Below are positions 36,850-46,746 of a stretch of DNA of 64,000 bases, piece after piece. The stretch covers positions 384,001 to 448,000 of the forward strand of contig CAWISW010000003.1 of the NCBI GenBank assembly GCA_963838925.1, in the 5' to 3' direction. A program made the position numbers and the translations under genes. The notes beneath the pieces are model-generated. The model searched no databases and had not been told where the DNA came from. It saw nothing but the letters and a program-made list of their open reading frames with translations. Positions within the stretch are counted from its first letter, which is position 1; each line of letters starts with the position of its first letter. Source of the stretch: an uncultured Nitrososphaerota archaeon. GTDB lineage: Archaea; Thermoproteota; Nitrososphaeria; Nitrososphaerales; Gagatemarchaeaceae.

Positions 36850-37125
36850 TTAGGACAGGTTTGCCGGCTTGACCGACGCCACGGCGTCCTTAGGCATGCG
36901 CTCCTTCCACTTCGCGAGGAACTCGTCGTCCTCCCTCCTGCTCCTCAGGTCGTCGGGGAGCATCACAGGGATCTCGTCGATGATCGGGTAGAACCTGTGG
37001 CACGCCTCGCATATGAGAGCCCCGTCGACTACGACGTCTGGGTCCTTCGTAGAGAACTCCAGAAGGGTGAGGGGATAGTGCTTGTCGATTGGGCAGGCGA
37101 GTATGTCGAGGAGCTTCCGGCGCAT
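36850..37125 (-). CDS. trm112: Trm112-family methyltransferase activator
   Basis: LLDILACPIDK...C..C.RFYPIIDEIPVMLPD. Confidence 0.92.
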   Translation of the reverse strand: MRRKLLDILACPIDKHYPLTLLEFSTKDPDVVVDGALICEACHRFYPIIDEIPVMLPDDLRSRREDDEFLAKWKERMPKDAVASVKPANLS

Positions 37126-37179
37126 CGGCCCCTCGTGGCTAGGAGTTTGTTATAATGATTTTCCGAGGCCTTTTGGGTC

Positions 37180-37620
37180 TCAGGTATTCGGAAGCCGGTA
37201 TGGAGGGAAACAGGACCAATTAGAGGTCAGGCTGGAATTGCCCGCTTGCTGATTCACGAGGATAGTCACAGTGCTGCAGGTTCCGGAGGGGCTGCCGTTG
37301 GGTGGTTGAAAATCGATGAGCACCAAATAGGAGTAGTCGTTCGGAACCTTAACGCTGTACTGCCCATTTACCACCTTCGATTGATACATGGACTCGTTCC
37401 TACTCTGCTGCAAGAAGGCAACTCCAATAGCAGTCCCATAGATCCCCGCGGTCGCGGAACCTGAGACGATGACGCTTGAAGGAGGGCCGCCTTGCGTGAT
37501 TCCTCGTAGAAGGAATATCGACGGAAGGGCGACCACGAGTACGACGATGACGATTAACACGATTTTCTTGTTTGGCCCGGGCTTCTTACCGATAGGTGCC
37601 AACGCCATGCCGTGCTGCAT
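37180..37620 (-). CDS. Membrane-anchored hypothetical protein
   Basis: N-terminal TM and Ig-like extracellular part. Confidence 0.6.
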   Translation of the reverse strand: MQHGMALAPIGKKPGPNKKIVLIVIVVLVVALPSIFLLRGITQGGPPSSVIVSGSATAGIYGTAIGVAFLQQSRNESMYQSKVVNGQYSVKVPNDYSYLVLIDFQPPNGSPSGTCSTVTILVNQQAGNSSLTSNWSCFPPYRLPNT

Positions 37621-37690
37621 TACGTTGCCCGTGTTATGAGAACCCTTCCATCAAAAGGGTTAAATTCCCTCGAGGGGGAGCGAGAGTTCA

Positions 37691-37805
37691 GCCGGCCATA
37701 GCGTGTGGGTCCGACCTGGACTCTTTCCGAACCCAGAAGTCAAACCACATGTCGTCTAGGTGTTAGTGAGGTCCGAAAGGTCTCGTGAAGCCTAGATGTC
37801 GGCAC
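37691..37805 (+). rRNA. rrf: 5S rRNA (unlinked from 16S/23S)
   Basis: GGCCATAGC...CCGAACCCAGAAGTCAAACC; terminal helix GCCGGC/GTCGGC; TTAAAT box at ~37660. Confidence 0.9.
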
Positions 37806-37814
37806 CTTTCCATC

Positions 37815-38468
37815 CTATCCCGGTCTGTTTTCTTCAAAAATTCTCTTCTTGTATTCGTGCAATCCGATGTCCGTGGCCTTCTCGGGGAAGGGACCGGTCC
37901 TCAATACTACCTCCGCTTGGAACGCCTTCTGGCCGACAAGGTATGGGCTTACCAACCGGAGAATTACGAAGGCTCGATAGCCTTGTGCATTGGTCTCCCA
38001 ATAGGGAACCAATGTGCCGTCTTTGGCCTCTCGAAAGTGCCGCCTGAATCCCACGCACATGAGTTCTGCCACTTGACGAACGGGTAGCGGGTCGTACATG
38101 ATCACCTCAAGAACGAGGGTGTGCCGTTTCCTTCGTCCGTTCTTCTTGTAACGATAGCCAAAACTAAACTCGTCTACAATTGCCCTTGCCAAGAGCTTTC
38201 GGTCTCCAACGTCTCGAAGACTAGTTTCTAGTTCTCGATCTATTCGCGCTCGCTTCGCAATCTTGGGAGGCTCTTCAATCATTGCTCGCAGCCGAATCTT
38301 CATCGATTCTTCTTGCAGAATACTCTCGAGACCGAAGCTACGAATCCACTTTCTGGCGGTTGTAAACGATACCTTGTAGTGACCGGCGACAGCGGTAATG
38401 CTCACATAGGTACGAAGCGCATCCTCGAGTTCGCCGCGTTTTGGTTTCTTGAGGAGCCATCGGGGCAC
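37815..38468 (-). CDS. HTH plus single-motif LAGLIDADG-like protein
   Basis: LLARAIVDEFSFG...LEVIMYD...PYLVGQKAFQAE...GPF; homologous to 51858-52505; low GC. Confidence 0.65.
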   Translation of the reverse strand: MPRWLLKKPKRGELEDALRTYVSITAVAGHYKVSFTTARKWIRSFGLESILQEESMKIRLRAMIEEPPKIAKRARIDRELETSLRDVGDRKLLARAIVDEFSFGYRYKKNGRRKRHTLVLEVIMYDPLPVRQVAELMCVGFRRHFREAKDGTLVPYWETNAQGYRAFVILRLVSPYLVGQKAFQAEVVLRTGPFPEKATDIGLHEYKKRIFEENRPG

Positions 38469-38605
38469 ACTGCATTACTTGCCATTCCTATTTCAGCCCA
38501 CATGAGGCACCTTTTCCAACCAACCTAGGCCGCGTTTCTTTTTTCAACGAAGTAAGATTCGGTAAAACGTTTAAGTCCACCCTCAAAAGGCACATTCCAT
38601 AGTCA

Positions 38606-39724
38606 ATGCCCCTATTCCCGAGTATGACGCTCCAATTTGGGACCGACGTGAGCAGTCTCCTCAACATAGTTTGGCTGCTGTCGTTCTTCGTCTTCATAGT
38701 GTACGGGCAAAGAATCCAGGTTTACATCGTTGGAAACGACATTTCCAGGGCGCTCAACAGATTGAAGCTCATGAAGGACAAGTCGAGGAAGGAGGCGGTC
38801 GACTACTTCAACGCGACCGGGAAGGTCAGCGGCGACCCGTCGCAGAGGATCGACCAGTTCCTCGAATACGTTACGATAATGCCCGTCGACCTCGACCCGC
38901 AGGGGATTGTCGGCAAGATCGAGCACATCACCGAGACGAGGGACGAGAGGGTGAGGGGCGAGGTGAAGAAGATGCTCCCAAGCGCGGAGCCGATCAAGGT
39001 ATCCGTCGCCGAGAACATCCTTGAGATAGCCAGCTCCCTCAACATGATCCACAAGATCGTCAGGCACTATTACCTGCTCGGAAAGAAGACCAACTCGTAC
39101 ATCCTGCTCGTGCAGCTCCAGATGATAATGCCACAGGTCCTTATGGAGGCCGACGCGCTCATCAACGCGGTCGACACCTTCAAGCTAGGGCAGCCTGTGG
39201 GCGACGGAATCGGGCCCATCATCGCCTCCAAGTACATGCAGAACCTCCCGAAGCAGGTCGTCGCGAAGGACACCGTGATGACTGTCATGGAGTACAAGGG
39301 AAGGACCCTCTACGTCCTGAAGGCCGAGGGCCCGATGGGATACGTGGGAGAGCCCGGGCTTGCGATCCAGAGGGTCATCGAAGAGATGAACGTGCCGCTC
39401 AACGCGATAATCATGGTCGACGCGGCCCTGAAGCTCGAGGGCGAGAAGACGGGCGACGTGGCGGAGGGGATCGGCGCGGCCATCGGCGGGATTGGGACGG
39501 ACAAGTTCCGGATCGAGGAGGTCTCGTCCAAGCACAAGGTCCCCGTCTACGCGATACTGGTCAAGCAGAGCATCCTTGAGGCAATCACCGTCATGCGGAA
39601 GGAGATCACGGACGCGAGCGACAAGGTGCACAACCTCATCGGGAACCTCATCGAGGAGAAGACGAAGGAAGGGGACAAGGTCCTCCTCGCAGGCATAGGA
39701 AACTCCCTCGGAGTCGGGCAGTAG
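38606..39724 (+). CDS. DUF1512 family protein
   Basis: PVGDGIGP, VDAALKLEGE.TG.VAEG.GAAIGG, GIGNS.GVGQ. Confidence 0.88.
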   Translation: MPLFPSMTLQFGTDVSSLLNIVWLLSFFVFIVYGQRIQVYIVGNDISRALNRLKLMKDKSRKEAVDYFNATGKVSGDPSQRIDQFLEYVTIMPVDLDPQGIVGKIEHITETRDERVRGEVKKMLPSAEPIKVSVAENILEIASSLNMIHKIVRHYYLLGKKTNSYILLVQLQMIMPQVLMEADALINAVDTFKLGQPVGDGIGPIIASKYMQNLPKQVVAKDTVMTVMEYKGRTLYVLKAEGPMGYVGEPGLAIQRVIEEMNVPLNAIIMVDAALKLEGEKTGDVAEGIGAAIGGIGTDKFRIEEVSSKHKVPVYAILVKQSILEAITVMRKEITDASDKVHNLIGNLIEEKTKEGDKVLLAGIGNSLGVGQ

Positions 39725-39725
39725 C

Positions 39726-39947
39726 ATGAGCGCCCCCCCAGCGGTCCAGTCCCCCTCGCAGACCCAGCAGGGAAAGTCGAAGTTCACGGTCTACACCATC
39801 GAGGAGTGCCCGGCGTGCGGCCAGAAGACGAAGCGGGCTTTCCAGGTGGGCGACTACATCACGAAGGACGGGGCGAACTGCTCAAAGTGCGGCAACGCCA
39901 CCAAGATCACGCTGATCTACGCCGAGGCAGCGGTCAAGTCTAAGTAA
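39726..39947 (+). CDS. Small Zn-ribbon protein
   Basis: CPAC..KTKR.F..GDY...CSKC...IYAE. Confidence 0.8.
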   Translation: MSAPPAVQSPSQTQQGKSKFTVYTIEECPACGQKTKRAFQVGDYITKDGANCSKCGNATKITLIYAEAAVKSK

Positions 39948-40830
39948 GGATAACCAGCGAGTTCCCTTCCAGCTTCATCGTGTGCTCGAACTGCGCGACG
40001 GGCGCGTTCGACGCCTCCACTAGGGTCGGGTAGCCGCGGACCATCCTCCTCCTCTCGAGTTCGGACAGCAGCTTGTGCAGCCTCTCGCGCCCGAACTCCT
40101 TCGTGAACCACCTCGGCGTGAAGGGCAGGCTCTTCCTCGCGTTCCAGATGTGGTCGACTAGGCCGTCCAGCTCCTCGACCCCGGTCCTCTTCCGCATGAT
40201 GAGCGAGTAGATCGTCACCCTGGGGTCGTCAACGACGTAACCCGCCGCGGTCCCCGGGGTGAGGAAGGGCTCGATGGCGAAGACCTCGTCGCGCTTCAGC
40301 ACAGGCTGGTTCGGCGCGTAGACGTTGGGGATGCTCTTGCCGGCATGGACCGTGTACTGCTCGAGCGTGTGGCCGCTGAGGTTCCTTATCGTCTTGAAGC
40401 CCTCCTGCCGCGCGGTCGCCTCTATCGCCTTCCCGATCTCCCCCGTCCTGGGGTCCCTCCTTACCACGCTGATGGCGGCCTCGAGGGCCCTCTTCGTAGT
40501 CTCCAACATGAGCTGGTACCGGGGGTTCTCGCTCACGGTCACCGCGGTGTCAGCGATGTAGCCGTCGAAGTGAACCCCGTAGTCTATCTTCACCACGTCG
40601 TCGTCGCTGATCCTCGTCTGGTCGTCCTCCTGGGGGGCATAGTGGGCGGTGACGCCGTTGATCCCTATCCCCGTCGGGAACGCGGGCTGGCCTCCCCTCC
40701 TAGCTATCTCCTCCTCCACACTGGTTGCGATCTCGAGGCAGGTCTGGGGGACCTCCACGTTCTCGAGGATCCACTCCCTCATCTCCCTCGCGAGCCTCCC
40801 GGCTCTCACGTATTGCTCCGGAACTCCCAT
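39940..40830 (-). CDS. map: Methionine aminopeptidase type II
   Basis: AFPTG...AHY, KID.GVH.DGYIAD, LSGH, AIEPF, AQFEHT. Confidence 0.95.
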   Translation of the reverse strand: MGVPEQYVRAGRLAREMREWILENVEVPQTCLEIATSVEEEIARRGGQPAFPTGIGINGVTAHYAPQEDDQTRISDDDVVKIDYGVHFDGYIADTAVTVSENPRYQLMLETTKRALEAAISVVRRDPRTGEIGKAIEATARQEGFKTIRNLSGHTLEQYTVHAGKSIPNVYAPNQPVLKRDEVFAIEPFLTPGTAAGYVVDDPRVTIYSLIMRKRTGVEELDGLVDHIWNARKSLPFTPRWFTKEFGRERLHKLLSELERRRMVRGYPTLVEASNAPVAQFEHTMKLEGNSLVILT

Positions 40831-40891
40831 CTAGGAACGGTCCTCCACAGAGCCTCGACCGGAGCGATTATTATCTGCGACCCGTCCCGGA

Positions 40892-41389
40892 TTGGAAAGT
40901 GTGACCGACAGAAAGTACTCGATGGTCGCGACGGGCGGGACCTTCGACCCGCTCCACGCCGGGCACAGGCGCCTCCTCGAGAGGAGCTTCGAGCTCGGGG
41001 ACGCGGTCGTCATCGGGCTGACCTCAGACGAGTTCGCGCGCAAGGAGGGCAAGGTCCCCGACCGCCCCTACAAGGAGAGGGAGGCCGAGCTCGACGCCTA
41101 CATCAGGAAGAGCTTCCCAGGGAGGCGCTACAGCATAGCGAGGCTCGACGACTTCTTCGGTCCGGGGATAGAGAGCAGGGACGTGGAGGCGCTCGTCGCG
41201 AGCCCGGAGACGGGGAAGAGGGTCTCGCTCGCGAACAGCCTCCGCGCGAAGCGGGGCTTCCCTCCCCTCGAGCTCGTGGTCGTCGACTGGGTGGTGGCGG
41301 AGGACGGCGCACCCATCTCTTCGACGCGGATAAGGAAGGGAGAGATCGACCGGGAGGGCAGGCTCGCAAGCGGCAGAAGGAGACCGTGA
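40892..41389 (+). CDS. coaD: Phosphopantetheine adenylyltransferase
   Basis: GGTFDPLHAGH, SPET, ISSTRIRKGEID. Confidence 0.92.
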   Translation: MESVTDRKYSMVATGGTFDPLHAGHRRLLERSFELGDAVVIGLTSDEFARKEGKVPDRPYKEREAELDAYIRKSFPGRRYSIARLDDFFGPGIESRDVEALVASPETGKRVSLANSLRAKRGFPPLELVVVDWVVAEDGAPISSTRIRKGEIDREGRLASGRRRP

Positions 41390-41634
41390 CGTTGGACCGA
41401 GATACTCTCTCGCTTTACGTGATCAAGACGTCGATGGGGCTCGGAGGAGGGTTCCTTGCCGCGATATTCGCGAGCGAGGCATACGTCCACGGCGGCTTCC
41501 TCGTCCTCTTCGCGATCGGGGTCTTCGTCATGGTCGGCCTCGCAGCTCGACTCTTCGGGCAGGTCAGGATATGGGCCTACTGCTTGACCACGCTCTGCCT
41601 GACGGCGCTTCTCGTCATCGTCGGTATCCCGTGA
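41386..41634 (+). CDS. Small membrane protein
   Basis: GTG start overlapping the coaD stop; 3 hydrophobic segments. Confidence 0.55.
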   Translation: MTLDRDTLSLYVIKTSMGLGGGFLAAIFASEAYVHGGFLVLFAIGVFVMVGLAARLFGQVRIWAYCLTTLCLTALLVIVGIP

Positions 41635-41707
41635 CCTGTCTCCGGGGCCGGTGGCCCTGTCTCCGGAGAGTGGAATTTATAATCCGACCCGGCGAGTCAC
41701 TACAATC

Positions 41708-42838
41708 GTGGAGAAAGACAGGCTCGATCCTTGGGGGGAGACTTTCATCGGGAACTACGAGCGCCTCCACAAGGAGTTCGGGATCGAGCGGATGGAGTCC
41801 ATGGTACCCAGGTTCAAGAAGCCCAGCCTGCACATCAGGCGAGGAATCGACTTCGGTCACCGAGACCTCGGGAGGATCCTCGATGCCGTCGACAACGACA
41901 AGCCCTACGCGGTGATGAGCGGGATCAAGCCCACCGGCAACTTCCACCTGGGGACGAAGATGACCGCCGACGACATGATTTACTTCCAGTCGCTGTCTAA
42001 GAGGTCGACCGTCTTCTACTGCATCGCGGACGTGGAGGCCTACAACGACAACGGGCTCTCGTTCGCTGAGAGCTCGAAGATAGCAGTCCAGAACGTGGCC
42101 GACATCCTCGCCCTCGGGCTCGACCCCGAGAGGGCGATAGTCTACAAGCAGAGCGAGGAGGTCAGGGTCATGAGGCTCTCGACCATATTCTCGAGCGGGG
42201 TGACGAACAACATGCTCAGGGCCATCTACGGCGAGAGGCAGATCACCCTCTACCTTTCTGCGCTCATCCAGGTCGGCGACATACTCATGCCGCAGCTGAA
42301 GGAGTTCGGCGGGCCGAAGCCCGTGCTCGTCCCCGTCGGGGCCGACCAGGACCCGCACCTCAGGCTCACGCGGGACATCGCGAACGCCTACCACCAGGAC
42401 TTCGGCTTCATCCCTCCCTCGTCGATCTACCACAAGCTGCTCAAGAGCCTGGACGGGAGTACGAAGATGTCGAAGAGGAGCGCTGCCTCGTCCTTCACGC
42501 TCGACGAGCAGCCGGCCGCCGCCGCGAAGAAGGTGATGTCCGGATTCACGGGAGGGAGGGCGAGCGTCGAGGAGCAGCGCAAGCTCGGCGGCGAGGCGGA
42601 CAAGTGCCCGGTCTACGACCTCTACCTCTACCACTTCGCGATGGAGGACGAGTACGCGAAGAGGGTGTACGACGAGTGCTACAAGGGGATCAGGATGTGC
42701 GGGGAGTGCAAGCAGGAGCTCGCCGCCATCGTCAAGCGTTATCTAGAGGAGCACAGGCGCAAGCGCGACTCCCTGATGAAGGACGCCGAGGAGCTTTTGA
42801 GTAAGAGCAAGAAGAAGCTTGCCACCCTCGCGAGTTAG
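41708..42838 (+). CDS. trpS: Tryptophanyl-tRNA synthetase
   Basis: PTGNFHLG (HIGH), GADQDPH, KMSKR, FTGGR. Confidence 0.95.
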   Translation: MEKDRLDPWGETFIGNYERLHKEFGIERMESMVPRFKKPSLHIRRGIDFGHRDLGRILDAVDNDKPYAVMSGIKPTGNFHLGTKMTADDMIYFQSLSKRSTVFYCIADVEAYNDNGLSFAESSKIAVQNVADILALGLDPERAIVYKQSEEVRVMRLSTIFSSGVTNNMLRAIYGERQITLYLSALIQVGDILMPQLKEFGGPKPVLVPVGADQDPHLRLTRDIANAYHQDFGFIPPSSIYHKLLKSLDGSTKMSKRSAASSFTLDEQPAAAAKKVMSGFTGGRASVEEQRKLGGEADKCPVYDLYLYHFAMEDEYAKRVYDECYKGIRMCGECKQELAAIVKRYLEEHRRKRDSLMKDAEELLSKSKKKLATLAS

Positions 42839-42843
42839 TTGCC

Positions 42844-44343
42844 ATGGAGAAGACCCCTCTTCACCCGATCGAGCGCAAGGTCCTCGCGTCCCTGACCGAC
42901 GCCCCGAAGGTATTCGACGCGCTCGTATCGTCGTCTGGCCTCCTCCCCGACCAGGTGCGGCGGTCCCTCTCGTGGCTCTCCTCGAAGGGCCTGGTCGTCA
43001 CGACGGAGGTCACAAGCGCTGAGCTCAAGCTCACGAGCCCCCCTCCCGAGCTGGTCTTCCTCGAGAGCCTGCGGGAGGGCGGTGGGGAGTCGTCGGTCGC
43101 GCGCCTCAGGAACTCCCTCGGCGAGGACCGGGGCTTCTCGGCCGCGATGGGGCGCGCCATCTCCGCGGGATGGGTGGAGGTGAAGGAGGGGATGATGGGC
43201 CAGATCGTCGTGCTGAAGGACAAGGAGGCGGGCAGGGAGCTGGAGGGCATCGTCGCGCTCCTCAAGAAGGGGACGAACGAGACGAGCGTGCCCGACGCTC
43301 AGAAGGGGACGTTGTCCGACCTCGTCAAGAGGGGCCTTGTCGAGAGGAAGGAGACCAAGACGGTGAGCATCACGATAACACCCGACGGCGCCGAGGCGCT
43401 AAAGTCCGCCGAGGACCAGGGCTTCGACAAGCTGACCCCCGAGATACTCTCCTCCATCAGGGCGACGGGGCTTGACGTGAAGCTCAGGCCCATCGACGTG
43501 AGCGCGAGCGCGCCCGAGTTCCACCCCGGCCGCAGGCACCCGGTCAAGGAGCTCATCGCGGAGGTCAGGGAGGTCTACCTCTCCATGGGGTTCTCCGAGA
43601 TCGTCGGCGAGGCGGCCCAGCCTGCCTTCTGGAACTTCGACGCGCTATTCACGCCCCAGGACCACCCCGCGCGCGAGCTGCAGGACACCTTCTACGTCAA
43701 GGGGATGCGCGACGAGAGGATTACAAGGACCGGGGTCGTCGCGAACGTGGCGGCTGCGCACGAGTCGGGCTGGGAGACCGGGAGCAAGGGGTGGCGATAC
43801 AAGTGGAACGTCGAGGAGGCGCGCCGCCTCGTGCTGAGGACGCACAACACCGCGGTCACGATCCAGGCGACGCGGGACTCGGGTGGCGCGGAGACGAGGG
43901 TCTTCAGCGTGGCCAGGGTATACAGGAACGAGAGCCTCGACTACAAGCACCTCGCCGAGCTGCACCAGATGGAGGGGATCGTGATCGGCGAGGGCCTGAA
44001 CCTCCGCCACCTCATGGGCGTCCTCACAAAGTTCTACGGGAAGCTGGGCATGAGCGGGGTCAAGCTGTGGCCATCCTTCTTCCCCTACACGGAGCCCTCG
44101 ATGCAGGTGATGGTCTACTACGACAAGGTGGGCAAGTGGCTCGAGATGGGCGGCTCCGGGATCTTCAGGCCGGAGGTCACGCTCCCCCTCGGAGTCAAGA
44201 AGCCGGTCATCGCGTGGGGGTGCGGCCTCGAGCGGCTCCTGATGCTCAGGCTCGGGATGGAGGACATCAGGGAGCTTTACAACAACGACCTCGGTTGGCT
44301 GAGGGAGAGAAGAGAGATTGCCGGTCCTCAAGATATACTTTAG
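42844..44343 (+). CDS. pheS: Phenylalanyl-tRNA synthetase alpha subunit
   Basis: FWNFDALF.PQDHPAR, YRNE, FPYTEPS, WG.GLER. Confidence 0.95.
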   Translation: MEKTPLHPIERKVLASLTDAPKVFDALVSSSGLLPDQVRRSLSWLSSKGLVVTTEVTSAELKLTSPPPELVFLESLREGGGESSVARLRNSLGEDRGFSAAMGRAISAGWVEVKEGMMGQIVVLKDKEAGRELEGIVALLKKGTNETSVPDAQKGTLSDLVKRGLVERKETKTVSITITPDGAEALKSAEDQGFDKLTPEILSSIRATGLDVKLRPIDVSASAPEFHPGRRHPVKELIAEVREVYLSMGFSEIVGEAAQPAFWNFDALFTPQDHPARELQDTFYVKGMRDERITRTGVVANVAAAHESGWETGSKGWRYKWNVEEARRLVLRTHNTAVTIQATRDSGGAETRVFSVARVYRNESLDYKHLAELHQMEGIVIGEGLNLRHLMGVLTKFYGKLGMSGVKLWPSFFPYTEPSMQVMVYYDKVGKWLEMGGSGIFRPEVTLPLGVKKPVIAWGCGLERLLMLRLGMEDIRELYNNDLGWLRERREIAGPQDIL

Positions 44344-45955
44344 CCGCTTCGAGCGGCTCTCGGGCCTCTCGAAGGAGAAGATCCTCGACAGGCTCCCATA
44401 CCTGGGCCTCGACATCGAGGGGACCGACAAGGAGTCGGTGAGGATAGAGTACAACCCCAACAGGCCGGACTTCTCCACGGACTATGGGATCGCGAGGGCC
44501 CTCAGGGGGCTCGTCGGGAAGGAAACCGGGGTAAGGCCCTACCGGACGGTTCCCGGGAAGGTGACCGTCTTCGCCGACAAGGGCCTCCCCAAGGTCCGAC
44601 CCTTCATCGCGTGCGCCGTCGCGAGGAACCTCAAGCTCGACGACGAGACGGTTAGGCAGCTCATCTCGATGCAGGAGGACCTCCACAACGGCCTCGGCAG
44701 GAAGAGGAGGAAGGTCGCCATCGGCCTCCACAACCTCGAGGCGATAGCGTTCCCGGCGTACTACAGCGGCAAGCCCGCGAGCTTCGCGTTCGCCCCCCTC
44801 GGCTCCTCCGAGGAGATGACCGTCGAGGAGATCCTCAAGGACACGGAGACGGGGCAGACATACGGGCACATACTCGAGGGGGCCCCCGCCTACCCGATGC
44901 TCTACGACTCGGAGGGCACCGTCCTCTCGTTCCCTCCGATAATCAACGGCCAGAAGACCAAGGTCGAGACGACCACCCGCGGCCTCTTCGTGGACGTCAC
45001 CTCGACGGACGCGAGGCTCGGGAACGAGGCGCTCGCGATAATCTGCTGCGCCCTCGCGGACGCCGGCGCCACCATCGAGACGGTGACGGTGAAGTACGCC
45101 AAGGCGAAGAGCGTCACGCCCGACCTCGCGCCATCAAAGATGAGGTTCGACGGGAAGCTCGCCCAGGCGGCGACAGGCCTCGCCCTCTCGAAGAAGGAGA
45201 TGAAGGACTCCCTCCGGAGGAGCCGCCTAGACGTCGACGGAAAGGGGCTCGCGGTCATCCCGTGCTACAGGGTCGACATCCTCCACCAGGTGGACCTCGC
45301 GGAGGAGGTCGTCATCGGCTACGGCCTAGACAAGATGACCCCCCAGTACCCGCCGAGCAGCGACGCGGGAAGGTTCGACCAGAAGATCACGTTCGTGGAA
45401 GGGATGTGCCTGACCTTGGCCGAGGCTGGGTTCGACGAGACGATGAGCTTCGACCTCATGGACGAGCCCACGCTCTACGGCAGGTTCGGGAGGAGTTCGG
45501 ACTCGAAGATTGAGGTCGAGAACCCAAGGAGCGCGGAGCACTACCTCCTTCGCGACTCCCTGCTTCCCTCGCTCATGGGGTTGCTGAGCCGCAACACGAA
45601 GAACGAGTACCCCCAGCGCGTCTTCGAGGCCGGGAAGATCTTCCTTCGTGCAGGCTCAGGCCTCAAGGAGGGCTCGTCAATCGCCGCGCTCTCCGCCCAC
45701 TCTTCTTCCTCCTTCACGGAGGCGAAGATGCACATGGAGGCCCTCGTCAAGAGGCACTTCGGAGAGGCAGCAGAGACGCGCCCCGCGTCGCACTGGGCTT
45801 TCGCAGACGGCAGGTGCGCCGAGGCCCTGGTCAGGGGAGTCTCCCTGGGGTACCTAGGGGAGGTCAAGCCCAGCGCCCTCGCAGCCTTCGGCGTCGACGT
45901 GCCCGTCTGCGGGTTCGAGCTCGACCTCACGCAGAGAAGCAGACCGCGGGCATAG
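44318..45955 (+). CDS. pheT: Phenylalanyl-tRNA synthetase beta subunit
   Basis: PNRPD, QE.LH...R.R, SFPPIIN, R.DILH.VD..EE. Confidence 0.95.
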   Translation: MPVLKIYFSRFERLSGLSKEKILDRLPYLGLDIEGTDKESVRIEYNPNRPDFSTDYGIARALRGLVGKETGVRPYRTVPGKVTVFADKGLPKVRPFIACAVARNLKLDDETVRQLISMQEDLHNGLGRKRRKVAIGLHNLEAIAFPAYYSGKPASFAFAPLGSSEEMTVEEILKDTETGQTYGHILEGAPAYPMLYDSEGTVLSFPPIINGQKTKVETTTRGLFVDVTSTDARLGNEALAIICCALADAGATIETVTVKYAKAKSVTPDLAPSKMRFDGKLAQAATGLALSKKEMKDSLRRSRLDVDGKGLAVIPCYRVDILHQVDLAEEVVIGYGLDKMTPQYPPSSDAGRFDQKITFVEGMCLTLAEAGFDETMSFDLMDEPTLYGRFGRSSDSKIEVENPRSAEHYLLRDSLLPSLMGLLSRNTKNEYPQRVFEAGKIFLRAGSGLKEGSSIAALSAHSSSSFTEAKMHMEALVKRHFGEAAETRPASHWAFADGRCAEALVRGVSLGYLGEVKPSALAAFGVDVPVCGFELDLTQRSRPRA

Positions 45956-45986
45956 GCTTTAAGGAGCCGCGGCGAAAGCGGACTCT

Positions 45987-46091
45987 GGCTTCCGTCCTAC
46001 TGCACGCAATAAACGGCCACCCGCGAAGGCGACTAAAAATTGCTATGATGAACGGATGGTTTACCCAGTCGTGCTACAGACGGAAGCCACT
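45987..46091 (+). ncRNA. Structured sRNA candidate (long closing stem, internal TGATGA K-turn-like motif)
   Basis: GGCTTCCGTC..GCACG pairs with CGTGC..GACGGAAGCC; TTTAAG box at ~45958. Confidence 0.5.
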
Positions 46092-46118
46092 TAAATGGGG
46101 AGAGCCGCTCGGCAGCTC

Positions 46119-46191
46119 GGCCCGCATAAAGAGGCTCGGCAACGGCGGCGAGAGCCGCGGGATGAGTCGGGCTGTTCAGAGGCGGGCCACA
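46119..46191 (+). ncRNA. H/ACA pseudouridylation guide sRNA
   Basis: Lower stem GGCCCGC/GCGGGCC, pocket, upper stem GGCTCGGC/GTCGGGCT, GA-tandem K-turn-like motif, 3' ACA; TTAAAT at 46091. Confidence 0.65.
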
Positions 46192-46215
46192 TAATAGTTA
46201 CAAGCACGGGGCGTC

Positions 46216-46662
46216 TTGCCGGACCTCGTGTCCCCCGCCGACATCCAGAGGGAGGAAAGGAGGTTCAGGGAGTTCGCCACCTTCCTCGGGGACTTTGTGA
46301 AGGAGCTCAACGACCTCTCCTCGGAGGGGGGCGCGGTCCTCGTGGAAGGCAAGAGGGACGTGGAGGCCCTCGTGGGCCTAGGCTACTCCGGCCCGCTATT
46401 CACCGTCTCGATCCTCACCGCCAACGCCGCGTCCAGGGAGAGGCTAAGGAAGGGCGTGAGCAAGATGGTGATTCTCACCGACATGGACGCGGAGGGGCGA
46501 CGGCTCGCGTCGAGGTACGTGAAGTTCCTCGCGAAGGAGGGCGTGCCCGTCTCTCTCGCGCAGAGGCGCAGGCTCTCGAAGGCGTCGAGGGGCGTCTTCC
46601 TGCACGTCGAGAACCTCAGGAGGTTCTCGCTCGGCGGGGAACGCTTGGCAGACTTGGGATAA
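46216..46662 (+). CDS. Small Toprim-domain protein
   Basis: VLVEGKRD, ILTDMD.EG. Confidence 0.88.
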   Translation: MPDLVSPADIQREERRFREFATFLGDFVKELNDLSSEGGAVLVEGKRDVEALVGLGYSGPLFTVSILTANAASRERLRKGVSKMVILTDMDAEGRRLASRYVKFLAKEGVPVSLAQRRRLSKASRGVFLHVENLRRFSLGGERLADLG

Positions 46663-46746
46663 GGGTTTAAATAAAGGGCAACGGGCGCTTGCCCTAAGTT
46701 ACGCTCAGATACGTTAACAAGCTAACAACGAGTTGAATGAAAGCAG

